Shown here one piece after another: positions 12,057 to 23,840 of a stretch of DNA of 64,000 nucleotides. The position numbers and the translations under genes are program-made. The notes under the pieces are model-generated. The model saw only the letters and a list, made by a program, of their open reading frames with translations. It searched no databases and was not told the DNA's origin. The first letter of the stretch is position 1, and each line of letters starts with the position of its first letter. The DNA comes from the human T2T-CHM13v2.0 reference genome, Homo sapiens: the NCBI RefSeq assembly GCF_009914755.1, contig NC_060935.1. The stretch is one strand, 5' to 3'.

Positions 12057-14031
12057 TTCCTGTCTTCTTATATTAATAAGAAAAATAAAACATAATAGTG
12101 TTGAAGTGTTGGGGCAGCGAAAATTTTGGGGGATGGTATGGAGAGATAATGGGCGATATTTCTCAGGGCTGCTTCGAGCGGGATTAGGGGCGGCGTGGGA
12201 ACCTCGAGTGGGAGAGATTAAGCTGAAGGAAGATTTTGTGGTAAGGGGTGATATTGTGGGGTTGTTAGAAGAAACATTTGTCATGTAGAATTATTGGTGA
12301 TGGCCTGGATACGGTTTTGTATGGATTGAAAAACCAAATGGAATAAGAGAAGGAGAAAAACAGGTATTAAAGGACTAAGAAGTGGGAGGACCTAGGACAT
12401 CTGATTAAAGAGTGCCTAAGGAGATTCAACATAGTCCTGCCAGCAAAGATTATTTATTTACTTCAAGAGTTAAGAGTGGTAGTTTGGGGATAGCACCAGG
12501 AGATATCAGCTGTGATGGCTTGGAAAAACAGTGTAAACCGGCAGTGTAAACAAGAGCAGGGCATGTATGAGTAGTTGAGAATGGTGAATAGGAGTATGAC
12601 TAGACAGAAGATAGCAGGGATGACAAGTTTTTTTGGGGCACATTCTAAGTTGGTCTGGTGTCTGGAATTAGACTGGGGCCTAATAAAAAGGCAAATCTAT
12701 ACAGGAGCTCAAATGGGCTGTACCCTGTAGCATTCTGAGGACAGGTCTGACTTCTGAGAAAGAAAAGTGGTAAAAGTATTGTCCAGTCCTTTTTAAGTTG
12801 GTGGCTGAGCTTGGTGAGGTGTGTTTTTAAAAGACCTTTAGTCCGTTCTACTTTTCCTGAAGACGGAGGACCGTAAGGGATATAAAGGTTTCACTGAATA
12901 CTAAGAGCCTGAAAAACTGCTTGGCTGATTTGACTAATAAAGGCTGGTCTGTTATCAGACTGTATAGAGGTAGGAAGGCTAAACTGAGGAATTATGTCTG
13001 ACAGAAGGGAAGAAATGACTGCGGTGGCCTTCTCAGACCCTGTAGGAAAGACCTCTACTTATCCAGTGAAAGTATCTACCTAGACTAAGAGGTATTTTAG
13101 TTATCTGACTCAGGGCATGTTGAGTAAATCTAATTTGCCAGTCCTGGGTGGGGGCAAATCCTCGAGCTTGATGTGTAGGGAAGGGAGGGGGCCTGAATAA
13201 TCCCTGAGGAGTAGTAGAATAGCAGATGGAACACTGAGAAGTTATTTCTTTGAGGATAGATTTCTACGATGGAAAGGAAATGAGAGGTTCGAAGAGGCAG
13301 GCTAGTGGTTTGTACTATAGCATAGCCTGCCTTTGCTGGTGTGTGGCTATTAGGCCTGGTGGAACGGCCATCAATAAATCAAGTGTGATCAGGGTGAGGA
13401 ACAGGAAAGAAGGAAAGAAGGAAATATGGGGAAATGGGGTGAATGTCAGGTGGATCAGAGAGATACAGTCATGGGGGTCAGGTGTGGTATCAGGAATAAT
13501 GTGGGAGGCCGGATTGAAGTCCGGGCCAGGACCAATGGTAATTGTGGGACTTAACAAAGAGTGAGTACAGCTGAAGGAGCCGGGGATCAGAAAGTATATG
13601 CATCAGGTATGAGGAAGAAAATAGATTTTAGAAGTTATGAGAAATGTGAAGAGTGAGCTAAGCATAGTTTGTGATTTTTAGGGCCTCTAAAAGTATTAAA
13701 GCAGCGGCAGCCACTGCATGCAGACCTGAGGGCTAGGCTAAAACAGTAAGGTCAAGTTATTTGGACAGAAAGGCTACAGGGTGCAGTCCTGGATCTTGTG
13801 TAAGAATTCTGACCGCACTAACTATGCCTAGGAAGGAAAGGAGTTGTTGTTTTGTAGAAGGGATTGAGGTTTGGGAGATTAATCGGACACAATCAGCAGG
13901 GAGAGCACGTGTGTTTTTATGAGAATTATGCCGAGATAGGTAACACATGAGGATGAAATTTGGGCTTGACTGAAGTAATGGGGTCTGTCTGTGAAGCCTT
14001 GCAGCAGTACAGCCCAGGTAATTTGCTGAGC

Positions 14032-14355
14032 CTAATGGGTGTCAGTGTCAGTCCAAGTGAAAGCGAAGAGAGGCTGGGATGAAGGGTGCAAAGGAATAGT
14101 AAAGAAAGCATGTTTGAGATCCAGAACAGAATAATGGATTATAGATGGAGGTATTGAGGATAGGAGAGTATATGGGTTTGGCACCATGGGGTGGATAGGC
14201 AAAACAATTTGGTTGATAAGGTGCAGATTCTGAACTAACCTGTAAGCCTTGTCTGGTTTTAGGACAGGTAAAATGGGGGAATGGTAAGGAGAGTTTATAG
14301 GCTTTAAAAGGCCATGCTGTAACAGGCAAGTAATAACAGGCTTTAATCCTTTCAA
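14032..14355 (-). pseudogene. HERV-H pol (reverse transcriptase) fragment
   Basis: SPILPVLKPDKAYRLVQ and SVLDLKHAFFTIPLHP gammaretroviral RT motifs; fragmentary frame. Confidence 0.88.
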
Positions 14356-15003
14356 AGCATGCTGTGGGATGGGATACTGGCATTGAGCGGGGTAAGAGTG
14401 ATTAGGTTTTAATGGGATGGTAAGGGGTGCATGATCGGTCGCGAAGGAGGGAGTAGAGGTGTCTTATACTTGTGGATTAAGGTGGGGAGATACAAGGGGA
14501 GGATGTGAAGGAGGCTTTGAACTGGGGGAAAACATGGCAATGAGGTATGGCTGTAGCCCAGGAATAGTCAGGGAAGCAGATAATTTAGTTAAAGTGTCTC
14601 GGCCTAATAAGGGAACTGGGCAGGTGGGGATACTTAAAAAGGAGTGCTTAAAAGAGTATCGTCTCAGTTAGCACCAGAGTTGGGGAATTTTAAGAGGTTT
14701 AGAAGCCTGGCCATCAATACCTACAACAGTTATGGAGGCAAGGGAAACAGGCCTTTGAAAAGAAGGTAATGTGGAGTGGGTAGCCTCCATACTGATTAAG
14801 AAGGGTACAGACTTACCCTCCACTGTGAGAATTACCTAAAGCTCGGTGTCTGTGATGGTCTACAGGGCTTCCGAGGTGATCAGGCAGTGGCAGTCTTCAG
14901 CTGCAAAGCCGAGAAGATCTGGGAAGGAGTCAGTCAGGGAGCCTTGGGCCAGAGTTCCAGGGGCTCTAGGAGTGGCTGCCAGGTAAGTTGAACAGTCCGA
15001 TTT

Positions 15004-15219
15004 CTAGTGGGGTCCTGCACAGATGGGACACGGCTTAGGAGGAATCCTGGGCTGCGGGCATTCCTTGGCCTGGTGGCCAGATTTCTGGCACTTGTAGCAA
15101 GCTCCTGGGGGAGGTGGTTCTGGAGGAACGCCTGGCCACTGCGGTTTAGGCATTTGGAAGTTCTTGTGTGCTGGAAATGTGGCTGGGGTTTGTCTCACAG
15201 TGGAGGCAAGGAATTGCAA
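15004..15219 (-). pseudogene. HERV-H gag nucleocapsid fragment
   Basis: CCHC zinc knuckle CYKCQKSGHQAKEC followed by CPICAGPH. Confidence 0.85.
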
Positions 15220-16231
15220 CTCAAAAATATGTTGCTACTTGGCTGCCTCTACTCTATTATTGTACACCTTGAAGGTGAGGTTAATTAAGTCCTGTTGTGG
15301 GGTTTGAGGTCCAGAATTTAATTTTTGGAGTTTTATTTAATGTCAGGAGCGGATTGGGTAATAAAATGTATATTGAGAATAAAGTGGCCTTTTGTCCTTT
15401 TAGGGTCTGGGGCTGTAAAGCGTCTCAGGGTTGCTGCCGAACCAGCCATGAACTGGGCTGGGTTTTTCATATTTGATGAAAGAGCCTAAACGCTCTGATT
15501 TGGGAGAGGTCTGATAAGGAAAAAGGAGCATTAACCTTGTCTACGCCTTTAGCTTCAGCCACCTTCTTAAGAGGAAATTGCTGGGCAGGTTGGGGAGGGC
15601 TACTCACGGAATGAAATGGTAAACCAGACCGGGTGTGAGGAGGGGAGGTGATAAAAAGATTACAGGGTGGAGGAGCTGAGGCTGAGGAAGAATTGGGACC
15701 TAGCTCAGCCTGGCAAGGAGCAGCCTGGGGAGGAGGGGAGACGTCAGATGGGTCTGTAGAAAAGGAAGAGTAGAAAGACTCAGCGACGCTTGGGGTTGGG
15801 ACTGAGGGGACAGGCGGGAGGGAAAGAAGGAAGATTTGGGACAAGTTGCATTGGGAAGAGACTAGGGAGGGACCAATGTGTAAAAGAATGCCTGGACGTC
15901 AGGCACCTCAGACCGTTTGCCTGTTTTACGACAAAAATTATTTAGATCTTGAAGAATGGAAAAATTGAAAGTGCCATTTTCTGGCTATTTGGAACCACTG
16001 TCGAGTTTGTATTGGAGTCAAGCGGCCTTGCAGAAGAAAATAAGGCATTTAGGTTTTAGGTCAGGTGTGAGTTGAAGAGGTTTTAAGTTCTTGAGAGCAC
16101 AGGCTAAGGGAGAGGGAGGAATGGAGGGTGGAAGGTTGCCCCTAGTGAAGGAGGCAAGCCCAGAGAAAAGAAAGAGTACAGACACGGAGGGAAGGGGTTC
16201 GGGGGTTCTTACCCACCAGAAAAATGGGCAA

Positions 16232-16513
16232 GGGGTTGGGGCACGGAAATAAGGGGTTGGGGTGCAGAGATAAGAGGTCAGGGCACAGAAATAAGGGGTT
16301 GGGGTGCAGAGATAAGAGGTTGGGGCACAGAAATAAGGGATCGGGGTGCAGAGATAAGAGGTTGGGGTGCAGAAATAAGGGATCAGGGTGCAGAGATAAG
16401 AGGTCGGGGTGCAGAAATAAGGGATTGGGGTGCAGAGATAAGAGGATGGGGCGTGGAAATAAGGGATGGGGTGCTGAGATAAGAGGTTGGGGCACAGAAA
16501 TAAGGGATTGGGG
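16232..16513. repeat. Tandem repeat in HERV-H 5' leader: ~13 copies of a 21-bp unit alternating as a 42-bp dimer
   Basis: Units GGGGCACAGAAATAAGGGATT / GGGGTGCAGAGATAAGAGGTT; AGATAA at 16268, 16310, 16352, 16394, 16436, 16477. Confidence 0.92.
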
Positions 16514-16901
16514 TTCTTGCCCCCAGAAAAGCAGTGAAGGGGCAGAGACATGGAGAGAAGGGGTTGGGGTACTTACCCCCCTCCAGAAAAGTGGGATTTG
16601 CCGCTAAGGGTGAAGGACCAAGGCAGGCATCCCTGCGTGGTCTGACACCTCTGAAACATGGTTTAATAATCAGAGAGGTGTCCCTGCAATGATTAAACAC
16701 CAAGGGAAGGCTGCCTTCCCAGTCCGTGACTGGCACCGGAGTTTTGGGTCCACGGATAAAACATGTCTCCTTTGTCTCTACTGGAAAATGAAAGGAATTG
16801 AAATTAAGAGAAGGGAGAAATTGAAGTGTGGTGCCAAGATTGAAAGGAGAAAGAAGTTGAGGGATAGTGAGGGAGGTTGGAGAAGACAGTAAAAAGAGGC
16901 C

Positions 16902-16910
16902 ACTTACCGG
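16902..16910 (-). other. HERV-H major splice donor
   Basis: Minus strand CCG|GTAAGT ~145 nt downstream of the 5' LTR, the usual position of the HERV-H donor. Confidence 0.7.
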
Positions 16911-17033
16911 ATTTGAAATTGGTGAAATGTTTCTTGGGCTGGTCAGTTTGAGGACCTGAGGTCGTAGGTGGATCTTTCTCACGGAGCAAAGAGCAGGAGG
17001 ACAGGGGATTGATCTCCCAAGGGAGGTCCCCCA

Positions 17034-17051
17034 ATCTGAGTCACGGCACCA
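17034..17051 (-). promoter_or_regulatory. Primer binding site complementary to tRNA-His
   Basis: TGGTGCCGTGACTCAGAT just after the 5' LTR; one mismatch to TGGTGCCGTGACTCGGAT. Confidence 0.92.
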
Positions 17052-17053
17052 AA

Positions 17054-17464
17054 TTTCATGCGCGTCCATATGAAGAGACTACCAAACAGGCTTTGTGTAA
17101 GCAACAAGGCTGTTTATTTCACCTGGGTGCAGGCAGGCTGAGTCCAAAAAGAGAGTCAGCAAAGGGAGATAGGAGTGGGGCCGTTTTATAAGATTTGGGT
17201 AGGTAAAGGAAAATTACAGTCAAAGGGGGGTTCTCTGGCAGGCAGGAGTGGGGGTCACAAGGTGCTCAGTAGGGGAGCTTTTGAGCCAGGATGAGCCAGG
17301 AGAAGGAATTTCACAAGACAATGTCATCAGTTAAGGCAGGAACAGGCCATTTTCACTTCTTTTGTGGTGGAATGTCATCAGTTAAGGCAGAAACTGGCCA
17401 TCTGTATGTGTATATGCAGGTCACAGGGGACATGATGGCTTAGCTTGGGCTCAGAGGCCTGACA
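17054..17464 (-). mobile_element. HERV-H 5' LTR (LTR7)
   Basis: Roughly 95% identical by eye to 11644-12056; TATAAAA and AATAAA present; followed by PBS. Confidence 0.95.
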
Positions 17465-18219
17465 TTCAGGAGCATACTGTTTGATTTCCATATGTTTCTA
17501 TATTTTCTGATGATCTTCTTGTTATTCATTTCTAGTTTTATTCCACTGTGGTCAGAAAATATACTTGATAAAATTTCTACTTCTGAAAAATTTGTACAAA
17601 CTTACCTTGTGGCCTAACATATGGCCTTATTTAGGAAAATGTTGTACATGCTGCTTTAAAGAAATGTATCTTCTTCAGCAGTTGGGGGACAAGTTCTGTT
17701 AATGTCAGTTGGGTCTATTAGATATAGTGGGTACATTAACTGTGTTGTTTATTTGTTGATTTTTAGTCTGGCCGATCTGTTCATTACTGAGACTGAAGTG
17801 TTTAAAGTTCCCTACTATTATTGTATTGCAGTCTGTCTCGCCCTTTAGGACTATTAATGTTTTCCTTATATACTTGGGAACTTTGATGTTGGATACATCA
17901 ATATTTATAATTGTATCCTCTTGCTGAATTGACCCCTTTATTATTATACAGTGACCCCTCTTATCTTTTCTTACAGTTTTTAAATTTGTAGTCTATTTTA
18001 TCTGATTTAAGTACAATTACTACTGCTCTTTCTGGTTTCCAGTTCATGGAATTTTTTTCCAACCCTTCACTTTCATTTATGTGTGCCTTTATAGGTGAAG
18101 TGGGTTTCTTGAAGATCGCATAAAGTTGGATATTGTTTCTTTATCCATTTACCATTCTATTACTTTTAATTGGGGAACTGAGACTATTTACACTCAGTGT
18201 AGTTACTAAGTAAGGATTT

Positions 18220-18258
<39 letters not shown>

Positions 18259-19075
18259 TATTTTTGGCTGTATGGAGACTCCTCTCTTCCTTTTTTTTCC
18301 TTCATGGTTATGTGATTATCTCTGGTAGCATATTTTAATTTGTTACTTTTTATTTTTAGTAAATCTATTATAGATTTTTGTGCTGTGGTTACCATGGGGC
18401 TTACAAGAAACATCTTATAAATATAGCAAGTTATTTTAAAGGATGACGAATTATCTTAGATCGCAAATAAAGGAATATAAACAAGGGCAAAAACAGGCAA
18501 AAAAATTCTACACTTTAACTCCACTCCACCCCCACATTTTGACTTTTGTCTCATTTTACATATTTTATATTACCTACATCTTAAAAGGTTGCTATAGCTA
18601 TTACTGTTTTTGAAAGATTTGTTTTTTGGGTTTCATACTGGAGTTCTGTGTGGATTGCACACCAAAAAATACAGTAATGGGGTATTCTAGGTTTGTCTAT
18701 GTACTTAATTTTACCAGTGGGTTTCATACTTTGAAAAGTTTTCTTTTGCATGTTAATGTCTTTTTTCTTTCAGATTGCATAACTCCCTTTAGCATTTTTT
18801 GCAAGATGGTCTGGTGTTGGTGAATTCTCTCAACTTTTGTTTGTCTGGGAAAGACTTTATATATTGCTTATATTTGAATAACAGTTTTACCCTATAAAAT
18901 ATTCTTGAATATCAGTTTTCTTTTATCCCTGAGCGCTTTGAAAATTTCATTCTACTCTCTCTTGGACTGCGTGATTTCTATTGAGATGTTTGTTGTCACA
19001 GGATTTGGAGCTCCTTTATATGCTATTTGTTTCTCATCTCTTCTGCTTTTAGGATCATCTTCTTGTCCTTGACCT
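17465..19075 (-). mobile_element. Old L1, upstream continuation (ORF2 endonuclease region and ORF1 end)
   Basis: L1 antisense sequence resumes after the TSD; ORF 18952-19143 includes KQIAYKGAP, like L1 ORF1. Confidence 0.75.
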
Positions 19076-19489
19076 GATGTCTTGGCGTAGTACTCTACTA
19101 TATCTAGGACTACACTTAGAATGAATAATATGTAATAAAACATAGTAAGTGAAGTGAAGTTGCTGGCTTAAAAAGTATTTATTTATTGTAAGCATAAGAA
19201 AATTTGACCGATGTAATCTTAGATGATAGTTCTAAAAGTGTTGGTTGAGGAAGTAGAAGAGAATCAGTACCTAAGCAGTTAAACTAATGTGGGAAGGCCC
19301 CTTTTATAAAGATCCTCTTGAGAAAACATTTATACATTATTAATATATGACTATAATTAGAGGAAACAGAGGTGAGTGAATTTTGTCCTCATGAATCTCA
19401 AAGGAGAAAATGGTTTACAGAATTGCTTGGTGTTCTTCAGATTCCAATTTTAAAGTCAAATCTGAATTTTAAGTTATGGGACCACTGAT

Positions 19490-19710
19490 AATATGGTGGG
19501 CTAAAGAATCAGGTTTTTAGTTGGATTGTCTGGTTTTGAGTTGTGATTCTGCCACTTATTAACTCTTTGACTTGGGGCATGATGACTTGACTTCTCTATG
19601 TTTCTGTTTCTACATTTGTAACATGTAGACAAACTGATAATTTCTTCATATATTTGTTCCGTGGATTAAATGAACTAATCTATATAAATCACTTAGTATG
19701 GTACACTATA
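19490..19710 (+). mobile_element. MIR SINE fragment
   Basis: Core-like TGCCACTTATTAACTCTTTGACTTGGGGCA..CTTCTCTATGTTTCTGTTTCTACATTTGTAA. Confidence 0.6.
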
Positions 19711-21707
19711 GCTCGTGACAGAGAAATTTGTGACTTTAATTTTTATGTACTTGAGTTTAAAATTAGCATTTAGAGAGACTGTCAGGAATTGTGAAATTTG
19801 ACTGTGTATTCACGTATTGTAGTCAGATTTGGTGAAAAAGTAATTACTTAATAAAATATAATTACTTATTGAGCAAATTTTACTAGGAACTTTGCTAATT
19901 GCTTAATGTGCACCATTTCATTTAATCTTCAAGATCATAAAAGCTGGATTTTATTTTCTTATTCATTTATAAATGAATAAATTATATTCAAACAGGTCAT
20001 ACTACTAGCAAGATCCCACAATTACTAATAGCAAGATAGCTAAGATTTCAACCTAGGTACATCTGGTTCAAGTGTATAACATCACACTGAGGACTTGGCT
20101 CTTGGGTGTACAAGTTTTCCATTGTGTGAACTTGATAAAGTTACAAAAATTATCTGTTAGTTTTTTCATGTATACCATAAGAATAGTAATACAGGACTGT
20201 AATGGAGGTTACCAATAATTATTGTTAAGGAAGGGCTTCTAAATTACTCTGAAATTTTGAGAATTTTTTTTTAAATCCCATGTTGTTTTTATGACTTCAC
20301 TACATTGAACACTTTCAAAGGTGTTTCATACATTAAAAATTTTTTAAGTCCATAAATTAATTTCGAGGAAAACAGAAAAAAATATAAATTTTGCCACTCA
20401 TTACTTTATACATATTTTTATTTGACCAAACCTTCTATTAGTTACTTGGTTGGCTGATAATCACTCAAGACTGTGTGGTTTAATAGGATATTCACTGTGG
20501 TTCATGGAAATTCAAAATTATCTGAAGAAAACAAAAAGTTGGGCTCTGCAATCCCTGTCTGAGGGATTTTCTAGAATTCTTCTGGTCCTCCCTACCTTTT
20601 TGTTTGTCAGAAGCTTGTCTACTACCGAGTGATTGATGTCACCGAAGACTATTGCAGGAGTAGGCCTTGCTTTTTCTGTTTTTTAGTTATTTTCTTCTAA
20701 AACAGTATTTTCAAGTAGTTGTGGTTTTTTTTCTTTCTAGTATTGAACTCATTAAAAATAAAATAGCTTTCTAAAGCCAAACAGTTTCCTCCTGACCAGT
20801 TAAAAGTTATCTCTGCTTCATGGTGCATATTCAATTAAGATTTAACATTAGCACACTGAGTATAATTTTTTTAAGAATCTTTTTATTACAGAAATTGTAA
20901 ACTACACAAAGTAAACAGAATATTATAATTAATTTCCAGGCACCCATGACACAACTTCAACAATTATCAACATTACACCATTCTTGTATTTTCCACACTT
21001 GTATTCACTATGAAATCTAATCATCTGTATTATTATTACTATTTTCCTTTTTGTTATTATTATCATTCAGAAGTTTTGATGTGAAATTGATGTACCTAGA
21101 AATGTGCAAATCTTAGCTGTACCGTTTTGACAAATTGACAAAACAATGTCACCACATCCCTAACACAACAAAATATTTCCATCTCCCCAGAAATTGCCTC
21201 ATGTCTCTCCCCATTCTTCCATCTTTATATCCATCAGAGGTAAGCAGGGTTCTGATTTTTTGACATTAAATTAGATGTACATGTTCTGAAACTATACAAA
21301 CAAAATAATACAATATGTACTCTTTTGTGTCCTGATTATTTTCCTTCACAAGTATGTATCACTAATTTTAATATAACCAGAAACTTAAACCTCCCCAAGA
21401 CTCTTTCTACATATTCCCAGAACCAAATGTCACTGAATTGAGTATTCAAGGATTCAGCACACAAAGTGTGTCATCACCAGGACAAAGCCTGTGTTCTATG
21501 CCTCCTCCCACAATTTTATTTCAGAGTAATGCCATTTCCTATTCTCAGGGAAATATATAAAACTGTTTTTTTTTCTTCATCTACAAAACGTTAAAGCTCA
21601 TTAACAAGCAATAATAAGCCATGGAATTTTTCATATTTGCAAAGCTAATATTCAGGTAATAAAGCCTGATCTAAGGGCCTGTGCTGTCAGGGTATCTTCG
21701 GTCTCCA

Positions 21708-22661
21708 TTAGAACTCACCCCTCTTCCTGGATAGTGTAAGAACAACGCTGTTGCGAATTTCTTTGATTTTGATACTATAGACAATGGGGTTGACCACAGG
21801 AGGAAAGAAGAGGTAAGCATTGGCCGTGACAGTCTGGAAAAGTGGAGGTAAATGCCGTCCAAAGCGGTGCATCAGGGAGAGGCTGATCATGGGCACATAG
21901 TACACAAGCACAGCACATATGTGCGACACACATGTGTTGAGTGCCTGCCACCGCCCTGCTCCAGAAGCTATTTCCAGTACTGTATGAAGAATCAGCACAT
22001 AAGAAACCACAATGAACAATAAGTCCAGTCCAAATGTGAAGGTAATGACAAATAGAGCCAGGATGCTATTGGGGCGTGTGTCTCCACAGGGCAATTTGAT
22101 CAGATCTGAGTGGAGGCAATAAGAGTGTGTGAGGGTATTGTGGCCACAGAAAGGCAGACGCCTCAGGAGAAAGAGCAGTGGGAGCATAAGCATTACACTG
22201 CGCAAGGCAATGGCGGCACCCATCCCAGAAATGCAGGCAATTGTCAGAATGGTTGTGTAGCGCAGTGGGCTGTAGATGGCCACAAAGCGGTCCACTGACA
22301 TTGCCAGAAGGACACCTGACTCCATAAGAGTGAAAGAGTGCATAGAAAACATCTGGAGCAGGCAACCACCAAAACTGACATCGTTAATGCCAAAGAGGAA
22401 TATGCTTAACACAGTGGGCATGGTGGAAGCAGAGACACCAAGTTCAACAAAGGCCGGCATGGCCAGAAAATAGTACATGGGTTGGTGCAAGGAAGAGTCA
22501 ATTCGGATGATGTGAAGAATGATGCCATTTCCCGGAAAGATGATGGTGTATATCAGGCAGAAGGGGATGGATATCCACATAATGTTCTGCCTCCAGTCCC
22601 GGGATGCCAACGAGAGTGAATGTTGTAGGTGTGAATGTTATGGAACGTTTGAAAACGTCAT
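21708..22661 (-). pseudogene. OR51A1P: Class I OR family 51 pseudogene
   Basis: ATG at 22661 hits TAA at codon 8; TFTLVGIPGLE lies in a shifted frame; body has LHQPMYYFL, MSVDRFVAIYSPLRY, HSYCLHSD, ALNTCVSH, PPVVNPIVY. Symbol assigned from position in the cluster. Confidence 0.8.
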
Positions 22662-23660
22662 GGTGATACTTCCTCTGAAGATATTGAGAAGCACATGGAG
22701 ACTGGAATATATAAGTTTCTACTCAGTTATTGCACATCAAGTTCTGAGCTAACAGTCATATCTAAGACATTTCCTCAGAAAAAGGGATAAAAAATTTATT
22801 TCTGAAACAAGGGCACAGGTAAGCCACAGTGAGTGGAAGAGAAACCTAATGGGTCGTGCAGAAAAGTATTCCAACATAGCCTATATGCCAGATAAGGCAT
22901 TAATAGAAATCTCAAGTTGGGTCATCTATGGCAGTGAAAAACAGTTAAAATAAGCATAGAGATGACAGATTCACATGGAAATTATGACTGAAGAAACTGC
23001 TAACTTGTAGTGTTTATAAAGAGAGTAGATGAATAGCTAAAGTAATATAACACTAATAAAGAGTATTGATGGTTCTAACATTTAATTGACGTGTAATCTT
23101 GGGATTATATTAAAGTTGATTTATATTGCAAGTTATCTGAGACCCAGATATTTGCTATAAAGACAATAATAGTATTTTAAAGTAATATTTATATATTGTT
23201 TATCATTATATGTGGAATATAGTAAATATTAAATGTATAGAATAAAAAGAACAATTTAATATATTAGAACACAAGGATAGTTTCTCCTAGAATAAAGTAT
23301 TTTCCATTTTTTTCTTTAACTTACCAGTTCACTCTTTCTCCACCTGCTATCCATAGATTAGAAAAGCTCCTCTGTATTTTGCAGAAGGGTCAGTCTTCTG
23401 CTGGAACCGGGTCAGGGAGCAAGATCAGAAGCATCAGTATCTCACAAGTCACATGTGATGGTGGCGCTAGGGTACAGGCTTAGAGATATTTATCTGGGAA
23501 CAAGTTTATTAACACTAAAGTTCCACTTATCTGCAGTAGAGCCTTAGGTATTAACGTTGGAGGCCAGAAATGGAATTCAGGATGGGGCTCAGAAATAAGA
23601 ATGTGACCAAGGCTGAACTCTTCTTCCCGTGTTGGGCCAGGGCTCTTCGTTAGGCATAAT

Positions 23661-23840
23661 CAGTGGGATAGTAATAAATATTTCCAAATAAAAATGCCCT
23701 GATTTTTACCAGTTACCGATTTTTTGTGTTTTAATGACTCCTACCATGATCAATTTCAGACTACCAAAGAGATGCTATTAAATGCAGAGCTGAGATGAGC
23801 ATAATCAGCTTTCCTAAGCTGGTGCAAGCCAGCACATTAT
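23661..23840. mobile_element. hAT MITE, MER63-like
   Basis: CAGTGG...AAAAATGCCCTGATTT...CTCCTACCATGATCAATTTCAGACTACCAA...CCAGCACATTA resembles MER63A as recalled. Confidence 0.55.

Larger units (their letters stand above)
11644..17464 (-). mobile_element. HERV-H (RTVL-H) provirus, 5821 bp, common deleted non-autonomous form
   Basis: Two ~412-bp LTR7 copies, 5-bp TSD TTCAG (11639-11643 and 17465-17469), tRNA-His PBS, PPT AAGAAGACAGGAA, gag and pol remnants. Confidence 0.96.

Noticed and set aside
16232-16513. CRISPR-like regular repeat array
   Set aside because: Head-to-tail tandem units with no unique spacers, no cas genes, eukaryotic ERV context; the same applies to the LTR12 41-bp repeats
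16018-16607. ORFs with 7-aa periodic repeats (TPTSYLC/TPIPYFC) in several frames
   Set aside because: A by-product of the 21-bp tandem unit; open in several frames and on both strands, no sign of a real protein
21708-22610. 300-aa ORF called from 22610 as an intact OR
   Set aside because: Starts at TTG in a frameshifted N-terminal segment; the true ATG is followed by a stop at codon 8
23455-23471. GGTGGCGCTAG as a CTCF site
   Set aside because: Only the 3' half of the core matches; the CCAS-AG half is absent
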